A stretch of DNA of 64,000 nt, taken from Ramazzottius varieornatus (Eukaryota; Animalia; Tardigrada). Shown here one piece after another: positions 37,915 through 52,218 of this stretch. Location of the stretch: assembly GCA_001949185.1 (NCBI GenBank), contig BDGG01000001.1, positions 3,241,324 to 3,305,323 of the forward strand. Reading direction: 5' to 3'. The notes under the pieces were generated by a model. It saw only the letters and a list, made by a program, of their open reading frames with translations. It was not told the origin of the DNA and did no database searches. Position numbers and translations under genes: made by a program. The stretch's first letter is position 1. The number at the start of each line of letters is the position of its first letter.

Positions 37915-40900
37915 TCAAAGGAGTGAGCAGAAAATCTTGCGGGAGTTACAACAGTAGCGCAAGATATCACGATGATCACAGTAGGTGACGCCGGTAACCC
38001 GCAAAAATTCTTTACATGGCATCCCGCTGACGCGAACTCCTGGCACGTCTCCTTCACAGACCGGCTCTTCTTCCGAATGAACAGCGAGACCAACGGTAGG
38101 AAGTGGACCTAGGCCAGCAGATCGATCGGGACCGATCATCGAAGTATCGGATCCGGCGGTCTCCGTATCAGTGATGCACAACCCATCACGGCAGTTCTTG
38201 GAAAGAAAACAGCCTTATTTCAAGATCTACTTGGAGGAGCAGAAAAACAGTCCGAGTCCGCATCAGACAACAGACAGCTTACTTTTCCAGTCCCGCACGG
38301 CGAACCTTCCGCCGCTGGACGGAAGGCAATACAGTATCCGGTATCTTTGTCATGGCAGTACAGTTGTGTGCACACTCTTTCGTCTTTCTGGAAAAACAGT
38401 AAAAATCCGTTCTCCGAAATCGAAACCTTAGTCCGAGGGCAAAACTAATCAAGGTACATACAAAACAAGCAGTGGTACCGCGGTCAAGGCGGCATTGCCA
38501 GTCCAAAGGAATAATCTTTCCCGGCAAATTGTTTCCGAGTCGGATACCAGGCATCGGCGAATCGAACAAACACGAAGCTTGAGGCCGGGATAGAAAGTGG
38601 TTGAACTGGGCCAAGGAGCAGGATGACCACTTGAAACCATTCACGTTATGCCGTAGGTCACTCATGATATAACCGTCGTACCAGCTGCAGGCCTCGGCAC
38701 CAGGTCCGCCGAGGTAAGATGGCGCTGCTGTTCCGTCATGAACGCAACCCAACCTAGAGGAAAGGATGGACATCAAGTCGCACTTTACGATTTCACGGTT
38801 TTCCACCCAGTAAGTACTTACAAATGGCCAACTTCATGAGCAGCGACAATCACACCACTGAATCCGCCACTGTCCTCCACGATTCCCGCTTTATTCAGCT
38901 TTTGCCGGCTTTCATCAACGTGGCAAGCTCCTCCGACGTATGCGAAGCCAGCGGTGCCTCGTACGCAGGGTCCTTCGTCGTCTTTCTTTCGGCACATATC
39001 TACCAGGAAGTCAACGTTGGGCAAAGGGATGGTCCGACCATTTTTATTTATCGTGATGATTTGGAGTAAAGGCTTACCGAGCTTTGTGATGACCATAGCC
39101 AGATCAAACTTTGGCAGCATCTCCTGCTGTTGAAAAAGGTACTTGGCCATGTCGGAGAGAGCTTGCTTGGAGTCGAAGGAATCGTCGTCTGGTGTCGGCA
39201 TACGGTTCTCTTCGATGTACGGCATGAATGCCGGGTTCTGAAACAACACGAGGCCCTTCCAATATTCGCGTTTTCCTGACAGTGATCGTTTTCGACACCG
39301 ACTATCGTACCCGACTAATGATAATTCCGGACAGTTGCAATCGAATATCAATCTGTTGTAGTCGACGGTATCGAAGGTCCACAGCATTCCAGAACGTAGC
39401 GAAGTAACTCGTAATCCGCTTTTCGTTTCCCCCGTGCAGATTGTAGGTGGCGAAATCGACAAGCACCAGGACCTCCGGCCAGACCACGTGAGACGGAAAT
39501 GATCCTCGTTTCAAGCGCTTGCCGTGGTCTGGCAGTTCCACAAAGACAGAATCGTTCAGGAGACCTGAAAATGATGTCTATAATGGACAGGTCGCCATAC
39601 TGTGTGTTTTAAAACTGGGTTTTTTACCGTAGTCGTGAGTGAGATCGGGAGCCGGAAGGAGGCTGAATACGTCATCGCTTTCGCTCATGATGTACCCATC
39701 CTCGCTGAGGTCCGTTCTTTCCGAAGTCTTACTGCTGGCTTTCAGACTCCGCTTGTACACAAAATGATAATGCAGTGATGTGGAGTTGACGTCGGACGAA
39801 TTACTAAAACCCGGAAGTGCAGTGGTGGAAGAAATGTTGGTGGTATTTTTGTCGTCCTTGTCTTGACCAATCAGTGCGCCATCGTTTGCGTCAACCGCCA
39901 GCATGATCTTGAGCAGATCCTGCGGAACTGGCTTCACCACGTAATCGTTGCCTACGACTCCATCCAGCTCAACTTGAAGTCCGTCATCTTGGTCTTTTGA
40001 ATACCGAACGCTGAGGGCCGCCATGTTGTCAATGTCCTGGTACAGGGCATCCTCGAGCTCGGTCAGCGAAAGCTACAAATTGACGGGCAGAAATTAGCGA
40101 ACGTTCTTACCGTTAGACAGCATATCCCAGGCAAAAACTAAGCTTCGTTGTTCTTGTTCTGTTTTGTTACCTCTGAAGTGGCATCGCGTAACACGGGCTT
40201 TCCGTTTTCCATGTCGGCGTAGAATACTTTGGAAAGCCTTTTGCCAGCTTCAGTGGGCGACGTGTTGAGCAAATGTTTGACTTTTTGTAAGTTCAAATGA
40301 AACTTTTGGTCGAAGGCTTCTAAGAGCAGCTGAAGTTTCTGCTTGACGTCCCGCGAACTTTCTTTGTCCGTTGAGCGTTTGGCCAGCCGACGCAAATCAT
40401 GATTGTGAATGTGAACTGGTGTTACCACATAAGATGGCACTAAAAAAACGAAGTAACAGTTAATCGAAAATTAGGGTAATTGAATCACATCACCGAAAGG
40501 TTCTTTGTTGTACGAGACGCTTATACATACCTTCATGGATTTCTTCAATGTGAAAGACATCTCTGAGATGTTCTTTGGTCATCCTTTTGTGTATCTGCAA
40601 CAAGCACAAAAGAAATGAAAAATGTCTTCTTCATAGTTATGGATAGTCGATAAGTAATTAAAAAATAATATCCGGATGTTCCTTCTAACTTCTTCCTTCT
40701 AACACAATAAAAATCAGAATATCGAAATATGTACGTGTCTGTAAATTCTGCAAAAGAAGGGCTAAAATGAAATAATGAGTGCACAAGCTTCAACCACACA
40801 ATGAAGGGCGTTTCCCTTTTTTCCTGAAATATGCTTATTCAGAAAATAGAACTTGACCTGAATTTCTTTTACCGCACCCGACAAAAAAGAACTAATCCAG

Positions 40901-41092
40901 CCGTTGATTTTGAATATAATTCATACTTTTGCCCTGGGAGTGAATTAGGGAGGAAGGACTTACTGTGTGGGCCTGCATATGAGCCGGAGTTTTCGATACA
41001 AGACTACACAAAGTCCATAGTGTCAGGTAATAATAAAAGTAATTCCGCGCCGCTGTCGGTGAGAATGACCACCATGATGAATAATGGGCCAT
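37915..41092 (-). CDS. ADAMTS-like reprolysin (M12B) metalloprotease without TSP1 repeats
   Basis: Leader exon (41092-40964), prodomain with furin-like RRLAKRS and KRLKRGS, WPEVLVLVD, GFAYVGGAC, zinc motif HEVGHLLGCVHD, Met-turn GYIMS, WSSCS, Cys-rich domain and a short Cys-rich C-terminal module. Confidence 0.88.
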
Positions 41093-43952
41093 TGTGGGGG
41101 ATGCACTGTGAGAAAAATAGGGAGCTCAGCACCAATCCATACCCAAGTAAGGCAGGGATATAATTTTTCTGTGTGATGCTCCGTTGAAGTCTTCGCTCGT
41201 TGACTGGATTATAACTAAGACGGCGGCTCGACCGGACGTTAGCTCGTCACCGTCTAGCAGGTATACATTGTCGTTCGACGATAATCCCTAAATGCCGGAT
41301 GCGGAAATAACTCGGGGCTTGCTTGTCAAGAGATAACAGACGGAATATATACGTTAGAGGTCGCCACTTGTTGCGCTGCCAAAGGGCGTCCCAACGGCAA
41401 AACTTTTCCGCCGCTTCATCCTGATTTCCTCATTGAGTAGATTTTCAAGGAAAAATGTGGGGTAATCCGTTAATCCAGTCCCTTCAATGCAAGAGTATGT
41501 CAAAGCTGTAGGAAAAGAAAACAATACGACAGTAAATTTGAGAGCAGGAAGATGCGGTAAGGAAAGGAGGCTAACGAGACAGGTTGTCCATGTGGACACA
41601 GGTAGAACTTCCGTGACCACTTTGTCACTTGTGCTGACTTTCCAAAGTTAACAAGGCAACGTGTAAAATGGAAAGTGAGAAGTAATTTGCACAACGAAGG
41701 AAAAGTAGAGGGGTAAATGGAGTAAGTGACTGGTTTGGTCAGTCAATAATTCAGGCTAGACTCTGTAACATCAGTGTTAGAGTACCGGTAGCGGTTACTG
41801 TACACTGCGTAGTGGAATGGTCAAGCCAAAGGTATGGACTGTTTGGTTCAAAGGTGCAACAGGCAAATTATCAGCTTGGTGTCGACGAACGTACAATTTA
41901 CCTCGTTACGAGCCACTAATCAAGCTTTGATGCAGCCATGCGTCCAGTGAATTGTCCTACTCTCCACTACAACAGCTATCATACCGTCATTACAGTCACT
42001 CAGGTGGCGGTCAACCTCTCACTGCCACCAAGCGAACTCGAAACGCCGAAGAACGAATGCAAGAAACATCAGCCGGATATCGGAAGGAGGAAAAAAGTGG
42101 CCGCTTCGAACAGACACCTTCACTTACATATTACTCTTGACCAAACCAGCTGCACATTCCCTAAACTGAAGTAAACGTGAAACATGACGGAATTAACTAT
42201 CTTTTGCACCTTCGGACGAACTTTTAAGTACAACTGTGGCTCACTTCGTCGGTCACTATACCAGAGCTAAAAATACGACGAGCTGGGTAAAAACCCGACC
42301 TTTCCGAAACGTCCGAGCAAATGGACGACCAAGCTTAAAATTAAACAAAAACAAAAAATGAAATGTCGATAATAAAACTGAACGATGGTTTTTTGTGAGT
42401 ATTATTCGCCATTTGAAGAAATTTTTAATTGAGAGTAGCTCAAGAAAGGTTAATGAGGAAGTTGTTGACCACTACAGATGGAAGAATCGTCTGTTGACTC
42501 GAAGTCGGGCTACTCACCACCATTGGTTTTCTGAAGGTACGAGGGAGTAATAGCCGATGTCCACTTGGCCAATATGAATAACATCTTAAGATGTCACCTG
42601 CATAATGCAATAGCTATACCTTAGGCTTATAAAGACAACCACATATGCAAGTTAAGATGTCTCCACATCAGTCAGTTATCGTGATGCAACGGAAAGCCGA
42701 GAGGGTTCTAGCTCTTGTTACCGGTACATCGAGAACCTCAAGACATATTGTGACCAAGATGGTGGACACGATCAGCAAAATCTCACTTTCCGTTACCGTA
42801 AGACCTCTCTTGTGTCTCTTTTCTTCAGTCGCTTCTCTTCAATGTTATGTGTGTAAAGGACTACTTAACCGCTCGTTGATATGCCATTAAGACCTCCCTC
42901 CAAAACCTTTCACGTATGTAACGTTAACGGCATAGTTCTAGAACAGAACTCTCTATGTACAGGCACCATGTTACAAAGACCCTTGGACACATTTCCTATG
43001 GTTTTGATCCATCGATTTGGTCGTTCGTCCGGCCGGCGTGCGGCAGTCATGGCAAGACCTCGAACGCGTAGCTAGCCGCTACTGTTCGGATCTGCAGCTG
43101 CGACGAGCTCTGATGAGCAAACAATTTCGACTAGACAACTGTGCCGACCCTCCATCTGCATTCATTGATCCATCACCACCGCATGCTTACACGTGATGAC
43201 ACCGTATGAACGAAGAAATATGTATGCAAAACATTATCGTTTAGGTGCATTTGCATGCTGAACTTGTTCGCCAGCCGCACTCTGTTATTGTCACTAACAA
43301 TGAGCCTACGTACACAATCATGCCGATGACCAGGTCAGACCGTGCGAGTACCGGAAGTTTGCCCCTCTGATGTATCGCACTTACAAAGGCTACTACAGCA
43401 GATCTCTATACTGTATAGTATTCTAAAAACATCTCCTTCGCCAGGAGTCGCTGACTGAAATAGCCATTCGTAAGGCTCTACGTCAAGGAATCCTCATTCT
43501 ATATTTGAGGAGACACTCTGCCATCAGTTAAACGCTCCATTAATAGTACATTCTGTATTCTTATCGATACTACGCAGCACCACCAAGCAACAACCGACAG
43601 GGTTGCTATAAGTACCATCGTTAATGACGGTCTCGCGCGAGTTCGTCCTAGCGAGCCATGACAGTGATCAGTTCGAACCATTTCGCTTCTACCTTTGCTC
43701 TTGATTTCTCGTTCACCAGTAAGCTAGATCGGAAGATCCCGACTTCGTATTTTAATCATCATATTCTGGAATGCAACACCACTTGCAACACTCAAGTGTT
43801 CAAAAGGTTGACGCTTGTCAAGACTCGGACGAAAATTCCACAAAACTGCGGTACGGACTTCTGAACCATTGGTCTCAAGCAAAATCGATGAAAACGAGTA
43901 AAGAACCCAGGGACTAGAAATAAAATAAAGAAGTATAGACTGTTGGTTTTTC

Positions 43953-46900
43953 TCAGTCCTCGCCTTGCAAAAGCTGAGTGTAGAGGTGAAACTTGAGGAA
44001 CCTGGGGTAGCAGTCTTTCTCCAGCACGTTGTAGACCTTTCGCTGGGCATTCTCAAAGGCATAACGATTGGGGTTGGATAGGTTGGTGATAATAATTTGC
44101 CTCGTTAGCGAGTCCAGGTTCACCTCTCGAGGAGCTTCCACCTTGACAAACTCGTCATAAATCTTTTGTGCTTTGGCGGCAATCTTTTTATTGCCTGCTG
44201 AGTCGGAAAGACGCTTGAACTTTTCGCAAGCCAGAAAGAAGGCCAAATTCTCCTCGTTGTATTCCAGCTTTAGAAATGCTCGAAATAAGGCAGTCCCATC
44301 TGCAAAAGAACAAGAGAAAACTAATGGTTTGAGCCATACGTGCCTCGATTCCACTCTAGTCCACACGCTCTATCTACTCAGAAAAACTGATATATAATCG
44401 GCTTTGTGTTAAGTTCATCTAGGCTACTCCTTTTTATAATGGGAATCGACCAGCTTCGAAAATCCTTCCGAAATTATTGTTTTTATCTGAATATACATTT
44501 TGCATTTTGGGACGTGGGCAAATGAATGGAACCGGATTGTTATCTCAAGTGGCGCACGTTGCCAGTATCGTTGGTTGGGGTGTGCGCCACTTGGACAACC
44601 GATCTGGTTCATGCTCACTTATTATTATTTGCTCACGTCCCATTTTATGTTTGAATATTAGAAGCGCAAAACTGTTCCCTCATATTACAATAACACCAGC
44701 CGAGATCACCCGAGACTCACATGGGTTTGCAAGGAGGGTTGACAAGGACTCCTGCCACGACCTGGCTTCTTCCGGTGTAGGTCGATGCGAAACGCTAGAC
44801 TTGGAGGAGCCGCTCTTCTTCTCCGCCGAAGGCCGGGGAGACTTCGGCTGCTTGGACACGGCACATACCGACTCCGTATTCCGTCGCATGATCAGACGAA
44901 ACCTCTGCTTCACGGTCTTCTCCACAACCTCCGTTTCCGAGTGAGACCGCGAGGCTTTCTGAAAACCAAAAAGCGCAACTATTAGAGTTTCAGCCGGGAA
45001 CGATGCGGTCTTATGAGCAACCAGGATATTTTGACAAGCTGCAAAGCGAGCAAGAAGATTGGATTAAGCCGGAAAAACTAACATGCGTATGCCTGCAGAT
45101 ATTATTTATAGCGTTCGTCTGATCCTTGTCTAGGAAAGAAGTGTATTTGGTGAGTAATATCTCCCTTATCTTGACGGGCTGTCGACAGGCCCGACGTCAT
45201 CGACATTCCCAAAATAGCTCTCTCCCCTGGAAACTTACTCGAATCTTTCATTTACCCTTGCGGCTCTGACTGCGTTCGCCGAAATGTAGCACAAGTGATC
45301 CTCGATCAGGCAGTTCCCACGCAGAAGAAGCAACAGCTCAATCAGAACAGACATCCGAAACCCTCTACAAGTTATCCCAACAGCTGCTAGGATTTCTTCG
45401 AACCAAGAACTGAACTTTGCAACTTCGTTTCGATGTGAATTGCGTCAATCAGCGCGACCTTTGAGCAGGCCGAAGTCACCAAAGGGGGCGCCACTATTAC
45501 AAGGGAGCTGGGAAGTCAGCAAATGACTTGAACAGGTCTGTTTTCCCAAGTGGGCAAGAAGAATGAAAAAGTTCTCCAATTGAGGTAACGATCATGAACA
45601 GTCCATTGCCAGACGCTTCAATTGCTCCTCATCAGTCTACGATTTCCCAATTTTGGAAAAGTGTCGTGTGTAATGTGCTACCGATCCTAACTGAAATCCT
45701 TCTCAAAAGGTGAGCTGCCATTCCAACGTATACCGCAGTTTTCCTAATGATTATGCCTGCAGACGACAGTGCAGTGATAGAAGTTGAATGGAGGAATCAC
45801 GCCAAGGCATCGAACCGGAAGTACCGGTGGAACCATAAAATCCAATTTGATCAAAAAGGAACTTTCCCGGAAGCCTCAGAAGTAAAATTTGATTAGAGTG
45901 ATTATGTCGTAGGTCAGAAATAAATTATAACCCACTTGCTCAATTGAATTCCAATTATATGGACCCACCTTGTCTTTCTTTTGGTGTTTATATCGCAGGA
46001 ACAGGGCGTGTGCCGGGACAGTGCGGTTCCGTTCTGTTCGTTCGACGTTTTGCGGGTCATACCAGCGATGAATCAGGCGGGTGAATATGGAATGATCGGT
46101 ATCGGAATCTGACGATTTACGGGAGGTGTCTGGTGTCTTGGAACTACTCTCGTCCCACTCGACTTGAAAGGAGCAGCGCGACAATCGATCCGGCGAGCGA
46201 CGTGAGCCTTCTCGAGGCCGATCTCCACTCTTCCCCCCGAATATGCCTGCGGAATGATAAATCTCAGTCAAAATCGGATTTCAGTGCCTTTAAAGCAAAA
46301 GGTCTTTGATGCATAATAATCCCACTCACAAAACTTTCATGATATGTGAAACACCGGCAAGTGACTTGAACTGGGCTGCTTACTCAAGCGGCGCACACGT
46401 CCAGCCAAAATCGATAGCGACGTGCGCGACTTGGGAAAACGATCAATCCAACTGATTTTTCAACATCGGATCCCACCAGATATAAGATCAATCGAATATT
46501 ATCCACCTGTTTCTAGTTTTCTCGGCACAAAAGACTTAATCGATCCGGTAAGAGAATTAAGAAGCTGGAACAGCGACGTGTGAAAATTTGTCGGATCGAT
46601 TCGCTGGAATTTTTCTTGCTTGCATAGTAAAGAGCAAACTTGACCAGCTGCGCCTAGCCCGATGGGATATTGACATGACAGTGTTGAGCGTGTTTTGTTC
46701 TGCATAAACTATGGTGTGTACTTCGATCCTCATGACAAACTTACCCTTTGTCAACATGCTGCAACTGCGGCTGAGGTGGATGGTGGAAGAGACGCCGAGT
46801 GATACAGATGGTCGATTCCTGGTGGCAGCCCGCACGTTGCTGACGAGCTTGTCCGACGAATGGCTGTTGGTGATGGGTCCAAATGGTGCTAGATAGGCTT

Positions 46901-47984
46901 CCCGTGGAATATCCAGGAACATCGCTCCCGAGACCACTGCGCCGCCTTTGCTTTCTTCGGCGGGGAAGACCTTCGGCTGCAATCAAACATCGAACATGTT
47001 AGACTTTCGTCGGCGATTACAGTACGATGCAGTACATCTGTCGCTGTAACATGACTGTGAAGCCTCACTTCCACGAGTTCACTCATTACGACGTGTAATG
47101 TCTTCTACAGCATTTCCGCCGAGAAGTTCCGGCTCGATCTTGACAAAAGAGAGCCGTTGTTAGCCGCATTGCTCAAAGTTTGGAAGTAATTACGGCAGAA
47201 ACGTCGAGGCATCGACGTCTTTGTGACGAACTTAATTTGACATTGGAGAAGGTTACGGAGAACCTAAGGAGAACCTTTTCCAAAAATCCTGACTGGTGAT
47301 GTCATCACGCGTTTTGCAACAAAACGTTTATGACTTGACCTTTGGCTGTCAATAAAATTTGCAAGTACAGCTGAAACTTAATCCCACGTCATTACGTCTG
47401 GACGTTTCCTTCACTCGCGCTTTCGTCAAATAACTTCCGGTGTAAATTCCAAGTAATTAGATGTAGGACTTTTCCTTGCAATATTGGATAGCAGGCTGAT
47501 ATTTAGAAAAATCTGTCAATTGATATCAGTACACAATTAGATAAATCTTTTCAAAGGTCCGCGTGCATCACTGATATCCAGTCTATGACTGGAGGGCCTT
47601 TCGTATCCCCCTTTGCGAAAAATTGAAAAGTTTCATTATCAGAAGCTAATCTGAACTTACCGAAGGCGTGGAATATCCGCTGCTTGACCTTGACAGTTCG
47701 ATATTGTCAAAGTCAAAGACGAAATTTCCGGCGGTAAAGCTGGGTGTGGTGCGAGGTGAAGAGCTGTTATAGTTGCTTTCTTCGGTGTCTGACTCAGGTC
47801 GAAAAGACAACCGGCGTCGATCCAGCAGGTCGGAATGCGAGGCGGAACTGTTGGTGGTAGCAGTGCTGGGTGTGTCGGTGCTGAACGACGAAGAAGAAAC
47901 CTCGCACGTCTTCAGGTAATCGGCCACATCCTGGGTCTCCAATATGGTCGGTATACTTTGCACCTGCACGGGCGGGGGAATCAT
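43953..47984 (-). CDS. Regulator of G-protein signalling (RGS box at the C-terminus)
   Basis: RGS box FRAFLKLEYNEENLAFFLACEKFK...EVNLDS...LEKDCYPRFLK. Phase-consistent exon chain 47984-47661, 46976-46745, 46246-45969, 44958-44721, 44300-43953; the upstream exons are less certain. Confidence 0.85.
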
Positions 47985-50560
47985 CTACAGAAAAATGACA
48001 AGACAAGATGATCTCACCCGCTTAATGTATTTAGGCGTAGTATACAGCGTAACTCGCGTCGAATGGAAGTCAATGACACGAGGAAAACTTGAGAAAGTCG
48101 TCTCGAGGAAACTGCCGAGTCGAGCACATTCTTATATATGGAAGGCGATCTGGGTACACTGCGACGACGCAGATGGAGGCTTCGTTTACTGAAACGTGCT
48201 CGTTTCGACGTCATCGTTATGAAGACTTCACTTTATTAAGTCAGGGTAATGTAGGTCGATGAACGGATGCCTGTTTCACTTGTTTGAAGTATCCCGGCCA
48301 GCTTGGAAGATTTCTTGCCTGGCGTTCTTACCCAACAAGAGATCTTCTTCTCCAATTAAAGTTCCGTACGACGTAATTGTAACTTAAACATTTGCATGTA
48401 AGAACGAACGATGTAACGAACGGACTTGAAGTTGAACTTAGGACAAACGTGTTATCCCTAAAGTTCACCGAGCGAAACGATAACAAATGGACTTGATGCT
48501 GCTTATCTGTTCTGTTGTGGTTTGACGAACTATCTGGCTAAGTAAACCATTTGTATAAACAAAAACATGGCGTGGAAAAGAATCTCTCTCTGTGCGCGTG
48601 GACTCCCAGATCCAACGCGCGGTTCGATGACGGTCCACAGTCAACTGTCAGACGGAAGTATATTGGAATTTATGATCATGGCTGATCAGCCGATTGAACG
48701 CTCTGCTGGGTCGAGAGCGCTCGCCAGGAACCACTGTTCGAGGTATTCGTGGACAAATAAATTTCTCTTATGATTTTTCAGTTTTACGGAACGCTTATGA
48801 GAAGTGTCGACATCGAAGGACTTCGCCACCATTGCGGACACTGAGCATGACACACTCAAGGAGAATGAGCATGAACGAATTCAGGGAAAATTTTCCAATT
48901 AAGATTTTATTAAATTTCAATTTTCGAGCAGTCTTTCTGACGTCTATATTATGCTGATTAATGGATATTTTGGAAACAGACAAACATAAACGATTATTAC
49001 TACGTACCTTCCGGCGACTTTTGGGCGAGTGGATGGAGACTTCCGTTTTCGGGGGACTGAAGCAGTTCATGGTTCCAGTCAACAGCAAAAACCACAAGTA
49101 TTCAGGATTCAGTAACCGAGGTGATGAAGAGATCAGATACTGTCGCGTCAGGTTCAAGGCCAAGGAGGTTGATGGGGAAGAGGACGTTAAAATAGACGCA
49201 GTCAGCCGTCGAGGAACTTTTAGGAATTCGCGCCGTCGTCGAGAGACATGCTCATGAAAAGCGAGAAATCACATGCAAGGAGAAACGTTACAGTCATTAC
49301 ATACTGGAGTACCACGTCATGCTTCCTCCTTGCGCCGCGCTCAACAGGGACAAGATTAGAGGTCGAACTTGATTCGATCATTTCCGATTACGCCAGATGG
49401 TACATCAATTGAGGGATGAGAGGCCCGAGATGAAGGAGATAAATAGGGATGAAAAAGACATGTCCGCCGGCAGTGGTGCGTAGATTAAGCTACTGAGGGC
49501 TGTCAAAAGGTACGGCCTCCAGTATATCGTCGCGTTCACAGGTTCGCTCCTGTATCGAACGTACAACTCCCGTGATCGAATCAAGGGAGTACAAGAGTTT
49601 CCGCCACAGAGAAACAAACCAGAGATGTCAAAGATATTTAACACGCTTGAAAGTTTTCTGGCAAACAGGAACTCAAATCCGGTGAACGTATTGTTGTACA
49701 CCAGACAAACCGGCGGTGGTGAAAGAGCAGTTCCACAACGTTAGCTCGGATAGTGTAAACTGAGATTCGGCTGCTGGCTGGCAAAAGTAAATTATTAGCT
49801 CTTTCTTCCAATACGAACAAACACGTACAAAGGCTTGACGATCACGACCCTTCAGTAAGTCCAGTAAAGCCTATCGTAGGAAAGATTTCGGTCGGGAAAA
49901 GTTTCACACTCCGAGGCGGAAGTAACTTGTACGCACTGTGAAGTAGCTATAGTGTACATAGCTCATTAAAAAGCAACGATCGAAAAAGGATGAAAAGAAT
50001 TTTCTATTGAAATGCATTGCTCCTATATTTAGAGACACAAGCTTCAATTTGTAAGGATGCGCTCAGCAGACAACGAGATAAAACGGCATCGTCCTTGCTG
50101 CGCGAAGCCTATAGTGCGTGGATCCATTTTGACGATCATGAAGAATCCTTATCGATAAAAAACTCGTCACTTCACACTAGCATTTCACCACGACCTGACG
50201 TCACTGCAGACTGTTACTCAAAATAAAACTAACAGGACTTCAACAATGCTCTTCGCAGTGCGCTTGTATGAAAGAAGTTTGATCAATTGCCGGCTCTTCT
50301 GACGGTTAACATACGATCAAATCGGCTCTTCCTTCCGTCCCGTTCCGCATCAGTGTGACGAATGAACCGTTAATATCGATGCCCGTAATTCTAAAATCCA
50401 TTTACCGGCCACTCGATTTCACTCCATCAAAAGCCATTCTTCAAGAACCTTTTATCTTGTCAACAACACAACTTCTTCCTGCCATTTTACAGCTGAAGCG
50501 AAGCGTTGGTTGGAACTACAGTAAAGAATTTACGACGTAGTATAAAGATTAGATCACTTC

Positions 50561-50935
50561 TCCATTTCTCCGCACTCGATTCCTGGGAAACGATGGCCGT
50601 TCGCTTTTCCACTCTCATTTCCCATTTCGCCACATGCCGGGGTGTGAAAGTTGCGGAAACCTGATACTTGGCCCTGGTGATCCAAGTCTCGAACTTTTTC
50701 TAGTATACTGTAGATTGTGAATCGGCTCGTTTGCCTTGTGAAAGGGAATTTGAGGTCTTCCATCACCGTGCTTATTTTTAAACGCGGCGAAACACCGCAA
50801 CTACAATTACATCCAGCCCGGGGCTGGACGCAGGTCTTTATACGTCTAACGCTTTTTATATTGAAAAGTTCACATCCCGAACGGCGCGGACCATGGTCTT
50901 CTAATTCCATGATCCATGTCTCCGCACTCGATTCC
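50561..50935. repeat. 23-bp direct repeats flanking a 329-bp spacer
   Basis: TCCATTTCTCCGCACTCGATTCC (50561-50583) and TCCATGTCTCCGCACTCGATTCC (50913-50935). Confidence 0.7.
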
Positions 50936-52050
50936 CAACACGTGATCCATTACCCGTGATCTAAGGAAGTGCATGGGCTATTATACTGAAAACCGTGATC
51001 CATCCACCGAATCATGATAAGTATAATAGACCACATCCCAAATCGAGTTCTGGCTGAGACATGGCAAGTATCAGGGACTATAATGCTCACTCTACGTGGC
51101 GGAACATGCGTGAGTTTGCGTGACCGAATTAGCTCGCGCAGTGGCTTGATCACTGCATACCGGAACCACCAGTCCTTTTCACAGGTACTCTCACTCCACA
51201 GGGAACCCGTAGAAGCTTTCGACGTGGTCACGTATACATGTTTTTCTCGCCCAAACGACACCCTGAAGGTTTGCCAGAGATCCCCGCTGTGTTTTGCTTT
51301 TTGTTGTAGTGTCGCGTGATGTTCAACAGGGAAAAGGTCGACGCGCGAGATGAAGGAACAAGAAGAGTGCAGATGATCAACTGACTGCCAGTGTTCCAAA
51401 TCCCACGTCAAGTGTCCTCCCTCACATGCAAATCGCGAGCCCTTGAAATATTCATGAAACAAACATCTTCGACCTTTGACATCTCATTAATTTCCTGATG
51501 TTAACAAAGACCTTCAAAGTTCAGAGCTGATCAGTGATCACAAAACCTGCAGGGGACGTCGTGCGAGAAGTCAGCCGACCAGTCCCTCGCGAATTCAGAC
51601 GGCCTTTCACGCTGAAGAGCGTACTATAGCACTCGTTACACATCTCTTCGTTCATGATTGTCAAAGCATGCACCAAAAGTAAAGGTGAAAAGTTGAGACC
51701 AAACGAGGTGGAGAACGCAAGCAAAGGGTTCTCGATTATCGAAAATGACTTATCCAGCAGTCGTGGAGGGTCACGAATTTTCATTGTGAATCAGCAAAAT
51801 CAAGTGGAGGATTTATCTAATTAGAAACGTGAGCAAGTATCTGGAGCATGCTGCATAATGTGTCTTTGAGATTATCTGTCCATAACGAGCCGAAACGGGT
51901 AAATAAGATAAAGACTGGCTCATGCTGCAGAATGCCGGCGCGTAGTCATTAAAATTTTATTGCCGATCCCTTGTGCGAATGCTTTGGTTCCTCGTACTCA
52001 ATTGCACATGCCAGCTGGTTCCGCTGAGAAGCTCATCCTAAATACGTTTA

Positions 52051-52218
52051 CAGTGTACGACAAGATAAACCGTTAAAAATGGGTGTTGGATGGAACCAGA
52101 TGGATGAGGCCAATGAAATTTGCGCATGCAGCAAAGTATAATTCTCATGGCCGAGTCCTAAATAATCTCCAGCTGCAGTATTACGCCCATTTTTAACGGT
52201 TAATTTTGTCGTACACTG
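52051..52218. mobile_element. 168-bp Tc1/mariner-type MITE (TA TSD)
   Basis: TA|CAGTGTACGACAAGATAAACCGTTAAAAATGGG ... CCCATTTTTAACGGTTAATTTTGTCGTACACTG|TA: about 33-bp TIR with 2 mismatches. Confidence 0.85.
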
